A stretch of 14,024 bases of DNA from Prasinococcaceae sp. CCMP 1430 (Eukaryota; Plantae; Prasinodermophyta), in the NCBI GenBank assembly GCA_013416795.1, contig RQSC01000033.1, positions 33,963-47,986 of the forward strand, read 5' to 3'. This document shows positions 7,539 through 14,024 of the stretch, piece after piece (position 1 is the stretch's first letter; every line of letters begins with the position of its first letter). Position numbers and translations under genes: made by a program. The notes beneath the pieces were generated by a model. The model ran no database searches and had not been told where the DNA came from. It saw only the letters and a list, made by a program, of their open reading frames with translations.

Positions 7539-10087
7539 TCACGGCGCGCCGGCGGCGAGCGTGTCCGCAAGTCTGCGCATGACGCGCGAGGTGAGCTTGA
7601 CGCTGAAGCGCTGCGCTGCCGCCTGCACGCCCGGCAGCACATCGGGCAGCAGCTCGCGCGCGGCCAGCACCTGCGAGCGCGAGGGCGGGGCGAGCGCGCC
7701 CGCGCTGCTCGCGGCGCTGGTCGCCCCGATCGCGGGCACAACGAGCAGCGAGTAGATGGCCTCAACGGTGGCGAGCGCCTCCTCGTCGGCCTTCGTCACG
7801 GGTGCGAGCCGCGAGGCGACCGCGACGGCGCCCCGCGCGGGTGCGAGCAGCAGCGATCCGCCGGGCAAAACGCCGGGGCCCGCCAGCCCAGGCACCGGCA
7901 GAGTGCCCTCCCTGGCCGCGAGGCTCGCGCCCAATTGCGCGAGCGCGCCACGCCCCATCGCGTCCACGGAGCGCACCGCCTCGTCCAGCAGCAGGTCCTG
8001 CACGTACGTTCCCTCCGGGGAGAACAGAAGCCGAGCCCATTCGCGGCTAGTCTTGTCCACCACGCCGGCGCTCTCGGTCTCGGAGCCCCTGCCGCTGCCC
8101 GCGCTACCTACGCGCCCACCAGGGCCCGCCGCAGTCGCCCTCGCGCCGCGCTGCTGGAATTCGTCGGAGAGCTCCGTGAATTCGCCGAAACCTGCCGCCA
8201 TCTCACGCACGCGCTCGACCGAGAGCTTGTCTTCGGTGCCGTAGAGGAAGGTGCGCAGCGCCGCGCGGACGCGCGGATGCGGGTCTGTGAGCAGCCTGCG
8301 AGCAATGTACGGGAAGCACTCCTCGACGATGCCGTACTGAGCGTCCGCCTGCAGGCCGAGGCCCTCGATGGTCGAGAAGGCGCGCAAAATGAGCACGAAG
8401 TATGGCGGGATGCGCACGGGATACTCCTTGGCGATCTCCTCCAACTCATCGCCTAGCGTGCCGACGTCGATCTTCTCGGCGCCGCCCTCGGCGCTGATCT
8501 GCTCGAGCACGCTCGCGATGAGCGGCGCCACGATGGCCGCCTTCGCCGGGTCGGAGGCTACCTCCTCCGGCACGAAGCCCAGCTTCGCGAGCTGGGGCAG
8601 AGTGTCGCCGTAGTCCTTGCCCGTCAGTTTCGCGATGTACTCGATGAACGCCAGCCGCTGGTCCTCGCTCACCTCGGTCATCAGCCCGTAGTCGAGCACC
8701 GCGAGTCGCCCCTCGGGCGTGCGCAGGAAGTTGCCCGGATGGGGGTCCGCGTGGAGCAGCCCGGTTTCGAGCAGCTGCACCAGGTAGAAGCCCAACAGCG
8801 CCCGGACGAGCTCGCGGCGCTCCGACGCGTCCGTGATGGCGCTGATCTTCACGCCGTCGATCCACTGCGCAACGTGCACGTACCGGCTGGTCAAATTTTC
8901 GTAGACTTTCGGGACGACCACGGCCGCGCCCACGTCGTCCGAGGCCCCCATGAGCTCCCCGAAACGCGCGCCGTTGCGGGCCTCCTGCTTGTAGTCGAGC
9001 TCCTCCAGAAACCGTCCGGCCACCGTCTCAATCAAGCCGATGGTCGCCTCGCATGACTCGCGCGTCTGCTGCAGTGCATCGCCAGGCAGGCGCGCGCCGG
9101 CCTCAAGCAGGTACCTGATGACTGTGAGGTCCAGCGCGACGTTCTCGAGCACGTCCGGGCGCTGCACCTTGACGGCAACCTCCTCGCCGCCGTCGGCAAG
9201 CCTCGCGCGGTACACCTGTCCAAGCGACGCCGCGGCCACGGGCTCGGCGAAGGCCGCGTCTGCGTCGGCGAAGGTGCGCGAGAGGGGGCCGCCCAGCTCA
9301 TCCTCGAGGATGGCGCGCGCCTCGTCGGAGGCAAAGGGCTGGACGCTGTCCTGCAGGGTGCTCAGCTCGGCAGTGTACGCCTCCGGCAGAATGTCCGGCC
9401 GGATGCTGACGGCCTGGCCTATCTTGATGTACGCGGGGCCCGCCTCGGTGAGCAGCTGCCGCAGCTCGCGCGCGCGCGCCGGCTGGTTCGCCACCCACGC
9501 CTCGTCGCCGCCCGCGCGGTCGGCCAGAAGCTTGGCGCCGAACGCCGCGCCGCGCGACGCGATCGACGTCAGGCGCGCCGACAGCTGCAGCGGCCTGCGC
9601 GCGAAGTAGCGCGCCAGGCGCGGGGCGTCGTAGTACATCGGCAGCTCGTCGGCATCAGCGCCGGCGCCTGAAGCGGCGGAGGTGGACGGCGCCACGGCTG
9701 ACGCCACGGCGGCCAGCGCCGCTGCCGCGACTGCGGCCGCGGCAGAGTCCGCGTCGAGGCCGGCGTCGGTCACCGCCATCCGCGCAGTGGATGCGGCGTC
9801 CTCGGCCCACCCCAAGAGGGAGTCCGCATCGATGCCAGCGTCGCTCGCCGCTATCCGAGCAGTCGATGCCACCTCTTGGGCCCGCGTCGCGAGTGTACCT
9901 GCGGCGCCAGCCGCCGCGGCCGCCGCTGCGCCTGCCGCCCCAGTCGCGCCAGCTGCCGCCCGCGGATGTGGCGTGGTGCGGCGGCCCCGCCACCCAGCGC
10001 GCTGCTCTCGCCACCCCGCGGCCGCTGCGGCCCCCCTGCTCCCGCGGCGCGCTCGCTGCCGCACAGTCGCGATCCGCACGCCGCCAT
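7539..10087 (-). CDS. ABC1K: ABC1/UbiB/COQ8-family atypical kinase (plant plastid ABC1K-like); start codon unresolved
   Basis: Motifs GPAYIKIGQAVSIRPD, LSTLQD, AAASLGQVYRA, VAVKVQRP, EELDY..EA.N, HADPHPGN, LDYGLM, IPPYFVLILRAFSTIEG, FPYIARRLLTD and LFSPEG..VQDLLLDEA. Uninterrupted ORF; TGA at 7541-7539. The subfamily number is not assigned. Confidence 0.92.
9744..9869 (-). repeat. Degenerate 51-nt coding repeat x2, period 75 nt (ASTARIAASDAGIDADS / ASTARMAVTDAGLDADS)
   Basis: Copies at 9869-9819 and 9794-9744; 9 differences, 5 synonymous and 4 conservative in the ABC1K frame. Confidence 0.9.
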
Positions 10088-10290
10088 CCTTCGGTTTCAA
10101 TTTCGATGGAATTTCGTGGGCTACCACCGTCGAATAAACCTCACAATAAACTCGGATGATGGAGAGTCGAATTCGTCGGAGATAATTTCGAATGCGTGGG
10201 CCCACGCGCGTGCACGTCACGCGCCCTCGTTTTGATTTTCTTGAAATGAGGGAAATTTCGATTCGTAATTGCGGCCAAAAGTACGCGGGG
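10088..10290 (-). promoter_or_regulatory. AT-rich putative promoter of ABC1K
   Basis: Sharp GC drop; AATTTCG x4; 14-bp palindrome GCGTGGGCCCACGC at 10194-10207; ACGT-core CACGTCA. Confidence 0.5.
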
Positions 10291-10471
10291 AAAAAGCCGC
10301 CGGGCGGCGCGCCGAGGCTCGGCGCGCGCGCCGAGGCGGCGAGCGAGCGGGCGAGCGAGCGAGCGCGGCCCCCGGTGCCCCGCCGTCGGCGCGCGTGGAC
10401 CGTAGGAGAGAGAGCGTGTGCCTGCGTCGCATTGCCCAGCTCGTGGCGCTGGTCGGGTACCTAGTCTTTGC

Positions 10472-10476
10472 TTACA
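10472..10476 (-). terminator. TGTAA poly(A) signal of SLX9
   Basis: TTACA on + strand, about 70 nt past the SLX9 stop. Confidence 0.6.
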
Positions 10477-10544
10477 ACGTGTCTATCGTACACTGTCCCC
10501 TGGCCTCGCCTCGGCGTGCGGGCGCCTCGGCGGGCGGCGCGCGC

Positions 10545-11541
10545 TCAGCCCCGCATGGCGTCCCCACCGACGGGGAGCCCCTGCCGTGCCCTGGCCCGCT
10601 TCTCTTTGGCGCGCGCACTGCCGTTGCGATTGGCACTGCCCTTGCCGCCCTTGCTGGCCTTGCTGCTCTTGGGCTCATCGGGCAGCAGCGCCTCGAGGTG
10701 CCTGCGGACGGCGCCCAGGGGGTCGGCGGTGAATGCGCCGTGCGACACAACCTGCTCGAGGCGCGCGCTCTCAGACACTGTCACGCGCTCACTGCGGAAA
10801 GAGGCGCGCGGGAAGGGAGGAAGTGGGGGAGGGACCGAGTGCGGGAGGGGACGCGAAGCGCAGGTCAGATCGCCGGCACCTCTGACGCCCCGCTGCCTGG
10901 CCAGTCTCTCGCTCGCTCTTTCGCTCGCTCGCAGCGGGGACGCGACGCACCGTGTCTTGTTCTTGGTAGCATCATCCGCCAGCAGACCGCTCGCTCCACG
11001 CTTGCCCTTGGTGTTGACGCCCGCACCCTGAGCGCGCAGCACCTCCTCGAGGTCGACGTCGCCGAAGTTGAACGCGCGCGCAGCACCGGCGGCCCGCTTG
11101 GCGCGCCGGCGCGCGCTGCGCGACTTGCCAAGCTGGGCGGGCTGCGGGTGGCAGGAGCGCGGAGCGGGCGGGGTGCCCAAGGCGTGCGCGACAGCAAGCG
11201 CATCCCACAATGAGACAGCCGCGGCGGCGTCAGCATCGCAGCTGTCGCGCAAGCCTGCGTGGCGGGCGGCCACAAGCACTCCCCGGTGACTCACTCGCTC
11301 GCCGGCGCGCGCGCTGCCCCGCGCGTACCTTCTCCTTCGGCACGGCCTTGCCCGTGGCGTTGGCCGCACCCTCCGCCGCGGCGAGCACGCGCTCGGCGAA
11401 GGCCTCGCGCCGCACGAGCGCCCCCTTGCGAACGCGGTGGCCCTTGGCGGCCACGCCGGTCGTGAGCGCGGGCATCATCCGCGGGCCGCCGTCGCCGTCG
11501 TCGGCGGCGCGCGTCCGCGCGCGGACCTTGGCGCGCACCAT
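10545..11541 (-). CDS. SLX9: Ribosome biogenesis protein SLX9/FAM207A-like, about 216 aa; exons 11541-11329, 11141-10951, 10791-10545
   Basis: C-terminal signature E.ARLEQVVSHGAFTADPLGAVRRHLE, equivalent to the Slx9 motif E..R...VL.HP.F..DPL.AI..HL. Basic low-complexity N-terminus; two canonical introns keep the frame; TGA at 10547-10545. Confidence 0.8.
10792..10950 (-). other. SLX9 intron 2, 159 nt, phase 2
   Basis: Donor GTGCGT, CTGAC at 10868-10864, pyrimidine tract, CGCAG; joins KNKTR to ERVTVSE. Confidence 0.85.
11142..11328 (-). other. SLX9 intron 1, 187 nt, phase 0 (alternative acceptor 9 nt downstream, ending at 11133)
   Basis: Donor GTACGC, GCTGAC at 11234-11229; the first AG after the branch is 11143-11142. 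Confidence 0.8.
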
Positions 11542-11594
11542 AGCGCGCACTCCCGCCCGACCCCGTCTCTCGCCTGCACTCTTCTCCCTCGCCG

Positions 11595-11598
<4 letters not shown>

Positions 11599-11637
<39 letters not shown>
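11599..11637. repeat. (CA)19 microsatellite, 58 nt upstream of the SLX9 ATG
   Basis: Directly visible. Confidence 0.97.
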
Positions 11638-11639
<2 letters not shown>

Positions 11640-11914
11640 GAGCCGGCAGCGAGGCGAGTGCGAGGCAGCCGCCCTGCGCCACCGCCGCGCGCCCCCCGTC
11701 GCCCTCCCCCTCGCCGCCCTCGCCGTCGGCGGAGGCGCGCTCGCTCTCCGCCTCCGTCTCCAGCCAGCCGGGGGACGTGAAAAAAACGCACACATACAAA
11801 ACCACGGGAGAGTAGAATTTTGTTGATCAAAACGAACGAGGAATTTTGCGTGCGAATGTGGATGTGGATGCGGTGCCTGCAGTAGTACCACCGTCAAGCT
11901 CCAGGCGCAGTATG

Positions 11915-11923
11915 TAAACCCTA
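11915..11923 (+). promoter_or_regulatory. Telo-box-like motif TAAACCCTA
   Basis: Matches the plant telo-box AAACCCTA, known from promoters of translation and ribosome-biogenesis genes; lies about 375 nt upstream of SLX9. Confidence 0.4.
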
Positions 11924-11948
11924 CTTATCTAACCTCAAAAAAGCGAAC

Positions 11949-12228
11949 CTGAAATGTGCGCGGTTGGCGGCGCCCGGGTGTTGCGTTGGCACGCACCGGG
12001 TGGGGGTGGGTGGGGTAGGGTGGGGTGGGGTGGGGTGGGGGTATGCGCAGGGAGGGAGCCCCACGTGTGAGCGCGCGTGGAAGCGGGCGGTTGGGCGCTC
12101 AGGCGGCGGCGTGCCACAGCGCGCGCGCCTCTCGCGCTTCTCGCGCGCGCGCGCGCGCGCAGGGCGTGTCCGGCGGTCGGCACGCAGGCGACGAGGGGGC
12201 GCCGCGCCGCGCGCGCGCAGTGGCGCAC
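11949..12228 (-). other. Candidate 280-nt intron of an unannotated minus-strand transcript
   Basis: Donor GTGCGC at 12228, (CG)n and (CCCCA)n body, about 150 nt without AG before TTTCAG ending at 11949; no canonical CTGAC. Confidence 0.5.
11998..12041 (+). repeat. (GGGGT)n-like tract with nine G-runs; G-quadruplex-capable
   Basis: gggtgggggtgggtggggtagggtggggtggggtggggtggggg. Confidence 0.85.
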
Positions 12229-12367
12229 CCCACCAGCAACAGCACAACTTCGCAGATCTTTTCTTTGCGTGTGTGCGAGTTGATGAGGGGGGGGGAAGGG
12301 AGCGGTCCGCACGTGTGCGTTTCGATGTGCGCCGGCGCCCGCCTGCTTTCCATTGCCGCCGCGCGCG

Positions 12368-12491
12368 AAAAAAAAAAAAGGCGTGTGCCCGTAGGTGCCA
12401 TCATTGACGGTATTAAATATACTGTATGCGCAGCGCCTGTTTGTGTTTGTTCGCAAAAGCCGGAAGAAAACTCCCCTCCAAAAAAAAAAAA
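12368..12491. repeat. Two A12 homopolymers (12368-12379 and 12480-12491)
   Basis: Directly visible; unusual in this GC-rich background. Confidence 0.9.
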
Positions 12492-12574
12492 GAGCGCGGC
12501 GCTCAGCGCCGGCCCGTCCGGCCGGGCGCGTGTAAAACCCAAACTATATGGGGTATTTTGATGCGACGACGTAG

Positions 12575-12582
12575 TAGGGTTT
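12575..12582 (-). promoter_or_regulatory. Second telo-box-like motif AAACCCTA, inverted relative to the first
   Basis: TAGGGTTT on + strand. Confidence 0.35.
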
Positions 12583-13102
12583 GTGATATGGGATCCGCGG
12601 CCGCCGCGGCGGCTGCCTGCGGCAGAGGCAGGCGCTCCCTCAGATGTGAATCTCAACGACATCTGCTGGTTTGAACATCAAAATGCGTGTGAGGTGCCCC
12701 ACGGGAAACTCTTGGATTTGGAATCACCAACTTTGGTATCGCGGCGAAAGCGAAAGCGAAAGCGCGTGCGCGCGAGGGCCCCGAGCACGAACGCTCGCCA
12801 GCGCTGGGCGGCCCCGCGCTCGCGCGGCGACGCGCGGGCAGGGGCGCGCCCGAGCGCCAGGGCGCACGCGAGCGGGGGGTGCGCGTTCTTCGCGAAAGGC
12901 CAAAAGTATGTATCGTGTACTCATCTCGCTGCGCCGAGGCTCTCAACGTGCGCAGCTCGAGAGCGGTGCTTTCGACTCGAGCGTATCAGATGAGCATCCT
13001 GGCGCCTTCCACGGTCACGGCCCTCGTGCTTCCGCGTGCCCGCGCGCCGGCCATCGCGTCTTCGCCCGACGGGGGGGGGGGGGCACCACCCTCCTCAACG
13101 CC

Positions 13103-14023
13103 TCAGCGCATCCTCCGCGCGACCGCCGCCACGAGCGCTGCGGCGGCCACCGCCCGAAGGCGCCGCTTCCAGGGCGCGCCCCTCGCTTCGGTGACGAATC
13201 CCATGTGCGCTCCGCCGAGCCCCGCGCCGTCGCCGTCGGCTCCCTCCTGCGCGAACGCCACGGTTCCGGAGCCCGCGTCGCTGCCGCAGCGGCTGCTCAC
13301 GCTTGGCGCACTGCCGTCGGAGCCGCCGTCGACCGAAAAGGCGGGCACGTCCAGCGCCACGCGGCTGCGGCTGGCGCCCATGCTGGCGCGCCGCGCGTCG
13401 ATGTAGCGGCGCGCGCCGGGGCCCATCCCCTTCACGAAGTTCCACATGCACTGCTTGACGGCGCAGCGCGCGATGGATTTCTGAATGCCCATGTCTTCGT
13501 GGTGGAGCAGCAGCGTCTCGCACGCGCCGCCCGGCAACGTGGTGCAGGTCCACGCCGAGAGGTAGTTCGTCACGCGGAAGAGCGAGCGCCGCCGCGGCAC
13601 GTGCGCGTGGGGCCGGCCGGCGGTGATCGTCGTGATGGCGTCGGCGCCGGTCGCCGCGCGCTCGTCGAAGACGCGCTGCCCGATGTAGTACTCCCTGTTG
13701 GAGCAGAAGACGGGGTATCGGCGCTCCCAGCGGACCACGGCCGAGCGCGTCGCGGAGTCGCCGTGCTCCACCTCCTCCGCGCGCACGAGCATGCCGTCCC
13801 AGCCCATGCGCGCGGCGTCGTCCAGGTAGAAGGCGGAGACCTCCGCCGCGCTCGCGTCCTCGATGACCGTGCGGCTCATGTACATGGTGGTCCTCCTGTC
13901 GTCGCTCCAGCGCCGCCACGCCTGGTAGCGGAGGCCGTCGCACGCCTGATCGCACATGAGCTCCCACGCCGCGGCGGCGCCCCTGCCGCCCGTGCGCGCC
14001 CCCGTCCCCGCGCGCCCGCGGCC
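13103..14023 (-). CDS. START-domain lipid-binding protein (plant StAR-related/CP5-like group); 5' end beyond the window
   Basis: Motifs WELM.D...LRYQAWRR, SRTVIEDAS..EV..FY.DD..RM.WD, WERRYPVFCSNREYYIGQRVF, LLLHHEDMGI and AVKQCMW..VK match the plant family pattern (YQAWRR, RTVFEDAT, WVRKFPFFCSDREYIIGRRIW, FHHEDMGI). C-terminal hydrophobic anchor AVAAAALVAAVA; TGA at 13105-13103. Confidence 0.88.
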   Translation of the reverse strand, partial: GRGRAGTGARTGGRGAAAAWELMCDQACDGLRYQAWRRWSDDRRTTMYMSRTVIEDASAAEVSAFYLDDAARMGWDGMLVRAEEVEHGDSATRSAVVRWERRYPVFCSNREYYIGQRVFDERAATGADAITTITAGRPHAHVPRRRSLFRVTNYLSAWTCTTLPGGACETLLLHHEDMGIQKSIARCAVKQCMWNFVKGMGPGARRYIDARRASMGASRSRVALDVPAFSVDGGSDGSAPSVSSRCGSDAGSGTVAFAQEGADGDGAGLGGAHMGFVTEARGAPWKRRLRAVAAAALVAAVARRMR

Positions 14024-14024
14024 G

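Noticed and set aside
7537-7542. GTGAGT donor-like site overlapping the ABC1K stop codon
   Set aside because: The C-terminus already looks complete, and no acceptor or further exon is evident before the convergent gene.
12521-12540. GCCGGGCGCG followed by TGTAA, resembling the 5' end of SRP (7SL) RNA
   Set aside because: No helix-8 CAGG-GNRA-AGCA signature downstream; a GC-rich 10-mer match is expected by chance.
11916-12582. MITE hypothesis for the 10-bp inverted repeat
   Set aside because: The TIR is very short, there is no convincing target-site duplication, and the telo-box reading is simpler.
12640-12727. Minus-strand 88-nt box C/D snoRNA candidate (GTGATTC...TTGATGT...CTGA)
   Set aside because: The C box has two mismatches, there is no terminal stem, and I cannot identify an rRNA-complementary guide of 10 nt or more. 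A snoscan or Infernal search would settle it.
12583-12993. 136-aa + strand ORF containing DVNLNDICWFEH...RKRKRKR
   Set aside because: AT-rich third positions unlike the real genes; RKRKRKR is a translated CGAAAG x3 repeat; no recognisable motif.
25-13967. Many long alternative-frame and antisense ORFs (25-846, 808-1668, 3836-5761, 4335-6077, 7347-8456, 10269-11213, 13095-13967 and others)
   Set aside because: Arg/Ala/Gly/Pro-rich shadows of real genes caused by stop-codon scarcity at high GC; no motifs. The exception is the RHG segment of 4335-6077, reported separately.
1-14024. CRISPR array, tRNA, rRNA, snRNA or transposase
   Set aside because: No regularly spaced repeat-spacer pattern, no A/B-box cloverleaf, no recognisable rRNA or U1/U2/U4/U5/U6 signature, and no DDE or RT motifs on either strand.

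Overview
Gene-dense, very GC-rich (roughly 70% by eye, not computed) eukaryotic nuclear scaffold with two N-gaps (2522-3063, 5460-5652). It most likely comes from a green-lineage, prasinophyte-like alga. Support: GT(G/A)CG-type donors, CTGAC branch points, TGTAA poly(A) signals, telo-box motifs and a plant-type START protein. Eight protein-coding genes are supported: a partial F-box/WD40-like gene (+), a bacterial-type TPR/ST7-like gene (-), an MBL-fold hydrolase (+), a GrxB-type glutaredoxin 2 (-), an unrecognised 363-365 aa charged protein (+), an ABC1/UbiB-family atypical kinase (-), SLX9 (-) and a partial START-domain protein (-). Most other long ORFs in the six-frame track are GC shadows or span gaps. 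The most striking anomaly is a histidine-phosphatase RHG-motif exon that splices in frame onto the GrxB core, with no other phosphatase sequence visible; this is either a real chimera or a misassembly. The 1.5 kb between SLX9 and START also shows signs of an unannotated spliced minus-strand transcript with a 50-aa micro-ORF, and a speculative ~150-nt structured RNA with a telomere-template-like motif. No CRISPR array, rRNA, tRNA or transposase was seen. All family assignments come from remembered motifs, not database searches.
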